DNA of 64,000 nt, from positions 7,260,338-7,324,337 of the forward strand of contig NC_083444.1 in NCBI RefSeq assembly GCF_020745735.1. Reading direction: 5' to 3'. This document shows, one piece after another, positions 24,521-36,224 of the stretch (positions within the stretch are counted from its first letter, which is position 1; the number at the start of each line of letters is the position of its first letter). The position numbers and the translations under genes were made by a program. The DNA comes from Hemiscyllium ocellatum (lineage: Eukaryota). The notes beneath the pieces are model-generated. The model was not told where the DNA came from and searched no databases. It was given only the letters and a program-made list of their open reading frames with translations.

Positions 24521-24910
24521 GGTGACACAGAGGCTCAGTGGTTAGCACTGCTGCCAAGGACATAGGTTCAATTCCACCCTCGGGCGACTGTGTGTGGAGT
24601 TTGCACATCCTCCCAGTGTCTGTGTGGGTTTCCTCCAGGTGCTCCAGTTTCCTCCCACAGTCCAAAGGTGTCCAGGTTAGGGTGGATTGGCCGTGCTAAA
24701 CTGTCCTATAGTGTCCAGGGATGTGCAGGTCAGGGTGAATTGGCCGTGCTAAACTGTCCCAGAGTGTTCAGGGATGTGTAGATTAGGTGCATTAGTCAGG
24801 GGTAAATGTAGAGTAACAGGGTAGGGGCATGGGTCTGGGTAGGTTACTTTTCAGAGGGCCGGTGTGGACTTTTTGGGCCGAAGGGCCTGTTTCCACACTG
24901 TAGGGATTCT
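24521..24910 (+). mobile_element. HE1-type SINE with a duplicated 53-bp internal unit
   Basis: tRNA-like head, V-domain, two copies of the GGATGTGCAGGT...AAACTGTCC unit, tail. Confidence 0.88.
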
Positions 24911-26530
24911 TTGAGTAGGCCTTTGGCCCTGCTATGGACATTCAATGAGATCACAGTGGACCATTCACCTCAGTCTCCCGTTCTCATTTCCCCCCACCCA
25001 ACCTTTAGCCCCAAAGTGCTGCCTCCAACACCTTCTTGAAACCATTCACATTTTGGCCTCGAAGCCTCATCCATGTGCTTTGTAAAGTTTGTGAGGCATT
25101 TTCTGCCTCAATGACTCTCCCAGGCAGAGCATTCCAGACAGCCCCCTCCCTCCCCCCACCCAGGTGAGAAGCCTCATTCCCAAAATCCCCACTTTCTGGC
25201 CTTGCACTTTTGCCCCAGTTATAGACCCTTCGATGAAAGGAAAAATGTCCTTCCTATCCACTCTGTTCATTGTCGCTCAGAATCTTGTACACCTCGATCA
25301 GGCTCCACCCCACCCCTTCCCTTCAACTCAGCCATTTCTACTCCAAAGAAACCAATCTGAGTCTATTCCAGCCTCTCTCTGTCGCTGAAACGCTCCATCC
25401 CAGAGCAACGTCCTGGTGAATCTCCTCTGCACCCTCTCCACAATGCGATCCCCTCCTTCCGATAAAGAGGGGGCCAAAATTCATAGAATCCTTACCATGT
25501 GGCCACCAACCCTCCAAAGACCATCTCACCCTGACCCATTCCCTTACCCTTAACCCATGCATCCCTGAACACTGGGCAATTTAGCATGGCCAATTCAAAC
25601 TAAAATGCACATTTTTGGACTGTGGGAGGAAACCCACACAGACACAGGGAGGATGTACAAACTCCACACGGACAGTTACCCGAGGCTGGAATTGAACCCA
25701 GGTCCCTGGCACTGTGAGGCAGCAGTGCTAACCACTGAGCCACCATGCCACATACTGTGCACAATACCCTGGCTGTGGCCTCACCAAAGCCCTGACCAGC
25801 TCTGATGTGACCTCCCTGCTCTTACAATCTATGCCACGACTGATTAAGGCAAGTGTCCCATCTGCCTTCTTAAACACCCCATTCAGGGATTCATGGACAC
25901 CCCTCACACCCCCATCCCCCTGTCACCCCCAGATTTCCCTCCATCCTTCTGACCTTCCTCGTGTCCTGCCATTCATGGAGTACTCCCTTGTCTTGTTTTT
26001 TCTTCCAAAGTGCATCTGCTCACATTTACCAGGGTTCAACTCCATCCGCCTCTTATCTGACCATCTAGCTAACCCATTTATCCCCTCCTATAACCGAACA
26101 CCGTCCTCCTCCCTTCGAAGATTTTTGTGACACCCACAAACTTGCTTATTGAATCCCTCCAGCGCAGCTCAGAGGCCATTCGGCCCATCAGATCTGCACT
26201 GACCCGCAGAAGAGCAACCTGCCTGATTCCCATCACCCTGTGCTCCCCACAGCTAATCCACCCTAACCTGCACACCCCTGGACACAATGAGACAATTTAA
26301 CACGGCTAATCCACCCTAACCTGCACATCCCTGAGCACTATGGGATAATTTAACACGGCTAATCCACCCTAACCTGCACATCCCTGGACACAATGGGACA
26401 ATTTAGCACGGTTAATCCACCCTAACCTGCACATCCCTGGACACTATGGCACAATTTAGCACGGCTAATCCACCCTAACCTGCACATCCCTGGGCACTAT
26501 GGGACAATTTAGCGCAGCTAATCCACCGTA

Positions 26531-26826
26531 AGGGTGGCATGGTAGCAGAGTGGTTAGCACTGTTGCCTCACAGCGCCAGAGACCTGGGTTCAATTCCCGC
26601 CTCAGGCGACTGACTGTGTGGAGTTTGCACATTCTCCCCGTGTCTGTGTGGGTTTCCTCCCACAGTCCAAAGATGCGCAGGTTTGGTGAATTGGCCATGC
26701 TAAATTGCCCGTAGTGTTAGGGGTAAAATGTAGGGGAATGGATCTGGGTGGGTTGCGCTTCAGCAGGTGGGTTTGGACTTGTTGGGCCAAAGGGCCTATT
26801 TCCACACTGTAAGTAATCTAATCTAA
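26531..26826 (+). mobile_element. Young HE1 SINE inserted into the 53-bp minisatellite of an older, oppositely oriented SINE (26170-27000)
   Basis: Full SINE flanked by ...gctaatccacc | ...ctaacctatgcatccc, i.e. it splits one 53-bp unit. Confidence 0.85.
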
Positions 26827-27287
26827 CCTATGCATCCCTGGGCACTATGGGACAATTTAGCATGGCCAATCCACCCTAACCTGTACACCTTTGTCTGTGG
26901 GAGGAAACGGGAGCACCTGGAGGAAACCCACGCAAACTCCACACAACCAATCACCCAAATTGAATCCAGGTCCCTGGTGCTAACCACTGAGCCACCATCC
27001 CCATCCATTTATCATCATCTCCTCCTCCTTCTCATCTCCAATATTGATGAACATCGCAGATGATAAGGGACCTATCACCGGTCCCTGTGGGGACATCAAT
27101 GCAGGCTGGCCCCCAGCCTTCCGCCACCATCATCCATCTCCCTCACCAGTTTGGGACACATATCCGTCCATGAGTGAGACACTTTCAAAGCCCCACCAAA
27201 GCTCTGCACCCATCTAAGGACATATCGGCACCCTCCCTTTACCAGTCTCACTCATCGCTAACTCTCTCTCTCTCCTCTCCATTACAG

Positions 27288-27302
27288 GATGACGACCTGT
27301 GA
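27288..27302 (+). CDS. TM4SF5: TM4SF5 terminal coding exon 5 (DDDL*)
   Basis: Strong polypyrimidine acceptor ctctctctctctcctctccattacag|GAT GAC GAC CTG TGA, with a polyA signal cluster downstream; total protein 199 aa. Confidence 0.75.
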   Translation, partial: DDDL

Positions 27303-27525
27303 ACAGGGCAACAAGGCTGGGGGAGGGGGAGTGCAGACGTGACCCAGGAAGGGGCAGTTCCTCGACGTGTAGATTTGAAATTGGGTTTTCCCTCTCCTTC
27401 TGTTCTCACCTCTCCATTCCGACATGAAGGCAGTGGGCACTCAACGCCAAATGGGCACGCCATCGACTCCATTGGCTCAACGTTTTTCTGAGACAAGAGA
27501 CCCAAAATCGATGACCTTTGTTTCA

Positions 27526-27539
27526 AATAAATAAATAAA
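27526..27539 (+). terminator. TM4SF5 polyadenylation signal (three overlapping AATAAA)
   Basis: aataaataaataaa about 225 nt after the stop codon. Confidence 0.7.
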
Positions 27540-28404
27540 AGTTTATTTATCATGGAGAGATGGTGATGTGCTAGAACTGCAGGGAGTGATGGTGGGGGAA
27601 TGGTGTCGGGTTTAACATGAGTGGGTTTCATGAGATTACACCAATTTAACATGGTGGGGTGAGTGGGGGTGAGATCAAGGCAAGATATCCGTCGTTGAGT
27701 CACCAATCAACCTTGGCCAACTCAGCTGCTTGCTCGATTCACCCAAACCCATCCCAAGGTCGGACATTCCCAGGGATACAGGACTCAAGTTGTCCCTTAA
27801 CGGTGGGCTGGGCTGTTAAAAGATAGAATACATGCCTTCAAATAAGGGACAGTTCATACACCCCCACCCCTGCCCAGGTCCAGGGATTTGTTCACACCCC
27901 ATGAGGGATTGCGACACCTCTCCCACTGCCCAGTGCCCACAAATGGACCCGCTTGTGGGTGCCATTATCCTGAGGCAGTGCAATACCCTTCTCATATTCA
28001 GCTGGTTCGCCTCTCCCTCTTCTGCCAATCTTCCTCCCCTCCCCCTTCCAACACCTTTTCTTTGTCTCTAGCCTCCTTCTGTTCACTTTTCTCTCCTTTA
28101 TTCAAGTTTTTTTTTCACCGTTGATTTGCTGACCTAATTGTCCTTGCCCCACCGCCATTTTGAACTGCTGGTTTAGCGACGACCACTTGATTTCCAATTG
28201 GGGAAATCCGCCATCTTTAACTAGCCTGGACTCCATGTGACTCCAGGTCCATAGCCAACATGGCTCACTCCTCACTGCCCTCGGAGAAAGTAGGAGCGGA
28301 TAGTACGTCCCATGAACAGAAAACAAAACATCATGGTAGATCTCCCCCACGGCACTTGCAAGGCCAACATATTCTTGCTAAGGGACAATGGGCTTATTAC
28401 TGCT

Positions 28405-28598
28405 TGAAAGTGTGGTGCTGGAAAAGCACAGCAGTTCAGGTAGCATCAGAGGAGCATGAAAAGTGACGTTTCGGGCATAAAGGCTTCTGCCCGAAACGTC
28501 GACTCTCCTGTTCCTCGGATGCTGCCTGACCTGCTGTGCTTTTCCAGCACCACCCTCTCGACTCTGTCCTCCAGCATCTGCAGTCCTCACTTTCTCCT
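28405..28598. mobile_element. Palindromic Penelope-derived element (hammerhead CTGATGA lost at the centre)
   Basis: Arms gtggtgctggaaaagcacagcag...gacgtttcgggca / tgcccgaaacgtc...ctgctgtgcttttccagcaccac, with the same 3' tail as 12193-12228. Confidence 0.75.
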
Positions 28599-28780
28599 TA
28601 GTATTGGTTGCTATGACTCCAGACTTGCTCCACCCAGAATTTGAAGCAAGCCTTTCTCCATTTTGTCATGATTGGAACAAGGTCAGCCAGGTAGATCTCC
28701 TTGAATAGTAGTTCCCTGATTGAGGGCTGTTAACATGGTCCAATCAGGGAGCCCTGGCTGACAGAAATAAACAGGAGTGT

Positions 28781-30640
28781 TTGTGTCTCTCACTGCACAC
28801 ACACTATGGGTGCTGGGGAAAACATAAGCACTACTGCAGTTAGGCGGTAGTGTGGGGGTTAATTAAAAAAAAAAGATAAAAAAAAACAGAAGTGTGATCA
28901 CACAGCACTGCCCTTTGATGTGAAGGGCACTGCTTGTCACAGGCCACTCGGGTGTTTTCCTACTTTTCCTGGTGGTGGAAATTGAATAAAGATTTGTACA
29001 CCTTGTGTCTCTCACTGTGTCTCACACCTGCACACACACACCATGGGTGCTGGGGATAAAAATAATAAGCACTACCGCAGATAGGCGGTAGTGTGGGGGA
29101 AATAATAATAAAAAAAATCAGGAGACCCCCTTCAAAAAAAAAGAAAAAAAATCTAACCACAAGATCCCTTCACTGTTTGAACAACCCCTTCACTGTTTGA
29201 TCACACAGCATTGCCCTTTGATGTGAAGGGCACTGCTTGTCACAGGCCACTTGGGTGTTTTCCTATTCTCCTGGTGGTGGAAATTGAATAAAGATTCGTA
29301 CACCTTGTGTCTCTCACTGTGTCTCACACCTGCATACACACACACACAAAAAAAGGAAAAAAAAATATATAAACTGGAGAGTTGGATGTGAAGGGCACTA
29401 AAAAGAAGAGAAAAAAAAGAAAAAGAAAAAAAATAAACAGGAATGTTTGTGTCTCTCACTTGCACACACACTATGGGTGCTGGGGAAAACATAAGCACTA
29501 CTGCAGTTAGGCGGTAGTATGGGGGTTAATTTTAAAAAAAGAAAAAAAACAGAAGTGTGATCACACAGCACTGCCTTTTGATGCGAAGGGCACTGCTTGT
29601 CACTGGCCACTCGGGGGTTTTCCTTTCTTCCTGATGGTAGAAATTGAATAAAGATTCGTGCACCTTGTGTCTCTCACTGTGTCTCACACCTGCACACACA
29701 AACACACCATGGGTGCTGGGGAAAAATAAGCACTACCGCAGTTAGGTGGTAGAGTAATGAAAAAAAATGTAAAAAAAGAAAAAAGGAAAAAAAATAAACA
29801 GGAGTGTTTGTGTCTCGCATTTGCACACACACCATGGGTGCTGGGTTAAAAAAATAAGCACTACCGCAGTTAGGCGGTAGTGTGGAAAAAAAAGAAGAAA
29901 AATAAAGAAAAAAAAATAAACAGAAGTATCCCCCTTCCCCATTATATTCCCTTTTTGGTTTGTTGAAAAAAAGAAGAGAGACAAAAGAAGAAAAAAAAAC
30001 AGGAGTGTTTGTGTCTCTCACTGTGTCTCACACTTGCACACACACCATGGGTGCTGGGGAAAAAAATAAGCACTGCCGCAGTTTGGCGGTAGTGTGGGGG
30101 TAAAGAAACAAAAAACAGAAAAAAAATAAACAGGAGTGTTAGAACAGGAGTTTCTGATCACACAGCATTGCCCTTTGATGTGAAGGGCACTGCTTGTCAC
30201 TGGCCACCCGGGCGTTTTCCTATCTTCTTGGTGGTGGAAGCTAAATAAAGATTCATGCACTTTGTGTCTCTCACTGTGTCTCACACCTACACACACACAC
30301 CACGGGTGCTGGGGAAAAGATAAGCACTACCGCAGATAGACGGTAGTGTGGGGGTTAATAAAAAAGAAAAAAGAAAAAAAGAAAGAAAAAAAAACAAACA
30401 GGGGATAAGGGCACTGCTTGTCACTGGCCACTTGGGCGTTTCCTAAAGAAATAAAAAAAACCAAAAAAAGTAGCATTTTGTGTCACTGGCTACTCCAGAA
30501 AGAAAAAATAATAAACAGGAGTGTTCCCCTCCAACTCTATTTTGATTTAATTCCTGCCTTCCCCCTCATTGTTTGATCACACAGCATTGCCCTTTGATGT
30601 GAAGGGCACTGCTTGTCACTGGTCACTCGGGTGTTTCCTT
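28781..30640 (+). mobile_element. Stack of about ten 5'-truncated Tx1-clade LINE 3' ends with A-rich tails
   Basis: Units match the 3' UTR at 33343-33555; one includes the ORF2 stop region (ccctccaactctattttgatttaa near 30527); units are separated by (AT)AAACAGGAGTGT-like target copies. Confidence 0.82.
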
Positions 30641-30689
30641 TCCAGAGCTGGATCAGTGTGAGTGTGTGCACATGCAAGGACTCTCCTCC

Positions 30690-33555
30690 TTGAAGGGGTC
30701 TGAGAGGAAGGGGACTGTCCCTGGACCAGCTGCCACCCAGGAAGGAAGGAGAAGAACAAGAAGAAGAGGAGGAAGGAGGAGGAGGCAGAGGCAGAAGGAG
30801 ATGAGAGTTCTGAGTCCTGGGCCTACTTTTGGAGCTGCAGCCTGGGCCTCACCCAGGTCAAGGGAGTATTGCTGCTGACCTGAGGCTCACTCCCACTGCT
30901 GGTCTCTGGGACCCTGCCCGGACCTGCCTCAGCTGTTACTGCTTGGGGCCTGCCTCACTGCTGTTGCCTGGGACTCACCTTGGGGCCCCTCCCAGGACCT
31001 CCACCACTGCCGCTGCTGCTGCCTGGGACACAATTTTGGGGCTGCCTGGGACTTGCCTCGGGGACCCTCCCCAACAGGTCTGCACCCACTGCTGCGACCA
31101 AGGGCCTGCCTAGGAATTGCCTGAGGCCTGCCTCCAATGCTGAGGCCTGCCTCCACCACCACTGCCTGGGACTCACCTTGGGCCTCTCCCCACAACCTCC
31201 ACCGCTGCTGCGACCTGAGGCCCACCTCCACCGCTGCTGCCCAGGACTAAATTTTGGGGCTGCCTGGGACTTGCCTTGGGGACACCTCCCCCAACAGGCC
31301 TGCCTCCAATGCTGTGACCAAGGGCCTACCTGGGACTCACTCTGGTGCTGCCTGGGACTTGCCTGAAGCCTGCCTCCACCACTGCTGCTGCCTGGGGACC
31401 TGACTGGACTCTTGTCAAGCCTGTGAAAGACAGCGAAGCAAGGTCGCGGGGCCCAGCCGCACCTAGGCCGGGTAGCCACTGCCTTGGGCTCGGCTGCTAC
31501 AACCCCGCCTGCAACCGCAACCCCCTTCAGGCACCTGACGAAATGCCTGGGGTAAAGGCCTATCCCCACCCCAACATGACCATCGAGGCCTGCAGTAAGG
31601 CCATGGCTAGTGTGGTCAGCCCACTGGCCATCGCTGCTGCAGCCAGGATGTACGGGAAGGCCGTCTTTTTCCTGAAGACCGAGCAGGCGGTCCACCTGGC
31701 CATGGAGTGGGGTCTCACTGTGGACGGGACACATCTACCCGTCGACCCTCTGGAGGTTACTGCCGGCCAACTGGCAGGAGCTGGAGGCCAAAGTCTCGGC
31801 TCACCTAGGCCGCTGCACAAGACTGCTCCGAGTGCTATCTTACAGGAGCCGAGTGCTGGTCATAAACCAGCTGGTGGCCGCCATGCTGTGGTACCGGCTG
31901 GTCACTTTGGTCCCTCCTCCTGGCTTTGTCGCTGACATCCAGAGAACGTTGGTCGACTTCTTCTGGGACAAAAAGATGCACTGAGTCGCTGCGCAGGTTC
32001 TGAGTCTCCCTATAGAGGAGGGCGGTCAGTCGCTGGTGTGCGTCCGCACCCAGGTCGCGACCTTCTGCCTTCAGACCTTGCAGCGATACCTTTACGTCGA
32101 GCCTCCTCCTAGGTGGTGCGCCCTGGCAACGTATTTTTTCCGCCAGGTGCGTAACCTCAACTACGACACGCAGCTCCTGTTCATCGACCGTGACGGTTTG
32201 GAGGTCGCCCTCAAGGTGCTGCCTGTCTTTTACCAGGACCTGATCACTGTCTGGAACATGGTCGAATCGCGCCGCGCCTACCCTCCGGCAGGAGTAGCGG
32301 CTGTCGTCAGGGAGCCGTTGCTCAGGAATCCGCACCTCCGTGCTCGCGGGTTCGAGTGGCTGTCGGAGGGGAGGGCCGTGGTGGCGAGGGTTACCAGGGT
32401 CAGGGACGTGCTGGGTGCCAGGGGCCTGGGTTGGACGTTGCCGCAAGACATAGCGAGCAGGGCAGCGGTAGACGTCCGGTACGTGGCCACCGCCATCCGA
32501 CGCCTTAAAACGGCGGTGCTCGGACCCGACGTAGTGTACCAGTTGGAGGACGCTCAGGTGGTTCAGCGGGATCCCGTCCACGCTCACCCCAGCCCAGACG
32601 GAATTTCACATTGGCCCCAAAGTCCCATACTTCCCGCGGGAGCCTGTGCCCTACAACCTGAGAAGTTTTACTCTTGTTTCCTTTCAGGGGGTGAAAAGGC
32701 GTGCCCTATACCGACTGCTGCTGCACACCGTCCACCTCTTCTCCCTCATCCACAGTCCGGACACGCCTTGGCGTGCCCATTTGCCACTGGGTGGTGGGGA
32801 TCCCCAGTGGAGGGCCCTCTACGCGGGAGTCCTCCCCCTTTTCTCTCGGGGATCTGGGGTGGAGGGTGCTGCACGCAGCAGTCCCCTGCAACCGCAGATT
32901 GCGGTGGTTCACGGACTCCCAGCCCAACTGCTTGTTCTGTGGCGCTGTGGAGTCCGTGGACCATGTGTATATTGGGTGTGGGCGTTTGCACTCCCTCTTT
33001 GATTTTCTGAAAAACCTTCTCCTCTGCTTTTGGTTGCACTTCAGTCCCACGCTCCTGATCTTCGGGCACTCGGTGCGGAGGAGGGAGGGTAGGTCTGAGG
33101 ACCTCCTCGTGGGTCTGCTCCTGGGCCTGGCCAAACTGGCCATAAACAGGTCCAGGCAGCGGACCGTGGAGGGGGTCATTAAGGCTGACTGCCTGCCCCT
33201 CTTCTGCGGTTACGTTAGAGCCTGGGTGTCCTTGGAGAAGGAATGCGCGGTTTCCACCAACACCCTGGAGTTGTTCAGGGAGAGGTGGGCGCCACAGGGA
33301 GTGGAGTGCATCATTTCCCCTTCCAACTCCATTTTGATTTAACCCTTGCCCTCCCCTTCACTCTCTGATCACAACGCATTGCCCTTTGATGTGAAGGACA
33401 CTGCTTGTTCCTGGCCACTCCGGGTGTTTCCTTTCTTCCTGGTGGTGGAAACTGAATAAAGATTTGTACACCTTGTATCTTTCACTGTGTCCCACATCTG
33501 CACACATGCAACACGGGTGCTGGGGAATGAAAAGAGGGGGAAAAAAAATAATAAA
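30690..33555 (+). mobile_element. Tx1-clade non-LTR retrotransposon, internally deleted (ORF1 start fused to post-RT ORF2; zf-RVT C-terminus; 3' UTR)
   Basis: ORF1-like GVKAYPHPNMTIEACSKAMASVV...ARMYGKAVFFLK; ORF2 LSYRSRVLVINQLVAAMLWYRL...DFFWDKKMH*VAAQVLSLPIEEGGQSLVCVRTQVATF (recalled as similar to Xenopus Tx1 ORF2); CLFCGAVESVDHVYIGC; contains stops and frameshifts. Confidence 0.85.
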
Positions 33556-33617
33556 AATAGGAGTGTCAGAGGTGCTGTTCAGACTAGGGACTGGCTCTGA
33601 GCTAACTGGTCAGCACC

Positions 33618-33781
33618 CTCCTCTAGCTTATCTCTCCACACTTCAGACTCTCTGCCTTTATCCCTGATGAAGGGCTTTTGCCCGAAACGTCGATTTCGCT
33701 GCTCCTTGGATGCTGCCTGAACTGCTGTGCTCTTCCAGCACCACTGATCCAGAATCTGGTTTCCAGCAGTCATTGTTTTAA
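33618..33781 (+). mobile_element. Penelope-like terminal fragment with a hammerhead core (33664-33691), inserted in the solo LTR
   Basis: CTGATGA-A-GGGC-TTTT-GCCC-GAAAC-GTC; nearly identical to the 3' end of the element at 47210-47345. Confidence 0.8.
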
Positions 33782-34002
33782 CCAGAGTCCATGTACTGTA
33801 CATGTGTAAATAAAGGGTGACTTGGTGACCGTGTACTGGTCTACGTGGAGTTATTTCACATTTAAACATGTTCTTCAATTCCTTTCTCTATCGGTTTTAG
33901 CTAGCTACTCCTGAAATGTCCTGAACACACCCACCAGCTGGTTTCATAACAGTTTTGACCCTACTGTTGTTAGAATACTGAATGGATTCACAAACTCTTA
34001 AG

Positions 34003-34306
34003 ATTAGATTAGATTACTTACAGTGTGGAAACAGGCCCTTCGGCCCAACAGGTCCACACCGACCCGCTGAAGCGCAACTCTCCCAGACCTCTACATTTAC
34101 CCCTTACCTAACACTACGGGCAATTTAGCATGGCCAATTCACCTGACCCGCACATCTTTGGACTGTGGGAGGAAACCGGAGCAAACCCACACAGACACGG
34201 GGAGAACGTGCAAACTCCACACAGTCAGTCGCCTGAGTCGGGAATTGAACCCAGGTCTCAAGCGCTGTGAGGCAGCAGTGCTAACCACTGTGCCACCATG
34301 CCGCCC
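34003..34306 (-). mobile_element. Full-length HE1-type SINE
   Basis: (TTAGA)n tail, V-domain and tRNA head in reverse. Confidence 0.92.
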
Positions 34307-34586
34307 ATTCGCCTGTACCTGTGTTTTGGCTTTTGCTGCTGTTTACCTGTTATTTACTTATCTATGCTACTTAACTCTGTGATCTGCCTGGATTGCTAGC
34401 AAGACAGTGCTTTTCACTGTGCCTCGGTACATGTGACAATAAATTCAATTCAATTCAATGCAAAATGTTGGGGAGCTGATGACCGCGTGGTGTTATCATT
34501 GGACTATTCATCACAAAACTCCGGTAATATCCTGGAGACCTGAGTTCAAATCCTGCCAGGGCAGATGGTGGAATTTGAATTCAATG

Positions 34587-34875
34587 GGGGTAGCACGGTG
34601 GTTAGTACTGCCGCCTCACAGCACCAGGGTCCCAGGTTCAATTCCAGCCTTGGGCGAGTGGCTGTGTGGAGTTTGCACATTGTCCTCATGTCTGCGTGGA
34701 TTTTCCTCCTAGTGCTCTGGTTTCCTCCCAAAAAGATGTGCAGGTCAGGTGAATTGTCCATAGTGTTCGGTGCATTAGTCAGAGGGAAATGAGTCTGTGT
34801 GGGTTGCTCGTCAGAGGGTCGGTGTGGACTGGTTGGGCTGAAGGGCCTGTTTCCACACCGTGGCGAATCTAATCA
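34587..34875 (+). mobile_element. HE1-type SINE (diverged)
   Basis: Head and V-domain, with tail gggcctgtttccacac. Confidence 0.85.
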
Positions 34876-35059
34876 AAATGCATCCTGGCTCCTTACCGCA
34901 AACATTTCAGCTAGTTCCAGCACCCTCTGGCTAAGGAGATTTATTGGTGAATATCATGGTCCTACAGGTTTATCCCTTCTTTTGGGCCAGACATTGTAGT
35001 TCAATCCTGCATATGAGTCACTTAGACTTCTCATTTCTAGCTATTTGCTCAGTCCAGGT

Positions 35060-36050
35060 CACAGAGCAATGCAACACTGAAACAAACCCTTCAGCCCAAC
35101 CAGTCCATGTCCACCATAATCCCAAATCAAACTAGTCCCACCTCCAAACCTTTCCTTAACTGTGAATAAACATTGTAAATGTACCCCCATCCACCACTTC
35201 CTCTGGAAGGTCATTCCACACACGAGCCACAATCTGCGTAAAGAAAAAACGTACCCCTTGTCTCTTTCTCCTCTCACTTTAACAATATGTCCCCCCTTCA
35301 AATTGTGAAATCCCCCACCCTGGGGAAAAGCCATTCCCCTGATCTATACCCTTCATGAGTTTATAAACCTCTATAAGGTCACCCCTCAGCCTCCTACGAT
35401 CCAGGGAAAGAAAGGTCCTAGCCTCTCCTTATATCTCTAACCCTCCATTCCCAGAAACATTCCAGTAAATTGTTTCTGAATTGTCTCCAGTTTAATAATA
35501 TCCCTCCTATAAGCAGGTGAACAGAACCAGACAAAATACACCTTTAAATCACTCTCTTCTCACATAAAAAGATGCCCCCTTGCCTTTAAATCCTCCAACT
35601 TGAGGAAAAGACACCTGCACTTCACCCAATCGATACCTGTCATGATTTTATAAACCTCTATAAGGTCAGCCCTCCATTGAAAAACGTCCCATCTTATTCA
35701 GCCGTCTAATTATAACTCAAACCCTCCACTCCTGGCAACATCTGTTCTGAACCTTCTCTAGCTTAATGACATCCTTCCTATAACAGGGTGATCAGAACTG
35801 GACACAGTACTGCAGAAGAGGCCTCACCAACATCCTGTACAGCCTCAACATGACGTCCCAGCTCCTATACTCAAAGGTCTGAGTAACGAAGGCAAGTGTG
35901 CTAAACATCTTCACCACCCTGTGACACAAATGTCAAAGGATTATGCACTTGAACCCCGAGGTCTCCCCGTTCTATAACGCTACCCAGGCCCCTACTTTTA
36001 ATGCTATATGTCTAGCCCTTGTTGGTTTTACCAAAATGCAATACCTCGGT
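35060..36050 (-). mobile_element. CR1/HER1 LINE fragments
   Basis: Reverse-complement CR1 ORF2 C-terminal and 3' UTR motifs (tttataaacctctataaggtcacccctcagc). Confidence 0.8.
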
Positions 36051-36224
36051 TGATTTCCAGTTGACACTGCCTCTCTTTTTCCATCTGTGCTAACACTCTG
36101 AATGTGCTGATGTGTGAACACTCAGAATGTACTCAGTCTCTGCTATCATTTTGGATGCAGTTCCTGATGGACGGCTGCTCTGGGTCATGTGTATTTTGAA
36201 AAAAACACATGATTTCGAATTCAT

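Larger units (their letters stand above)
28664..33858 (+). mobile_element. Solo LTR (~250 bp net; TG...CA; 5-bp TSD CATTT) expanded to 5.2 kb by nested Tx1 and Penelope insertions
   Basis: CATTT|TGTCATG at 28659-28670 and TTATTTCA|CATTT at 33851-33863; CCAAT, TATA-like and AATAAA elements; homologous uninterrupted copies at 6397 and 44770. Confidence 0.75.

Noticed and set aside
30955-33179. Several long minus-strand ORFs over the Tx1 element
   Set aside because: Antisense shadows of GC-rich Tx1 coding sequence with no independent similarity recognised.
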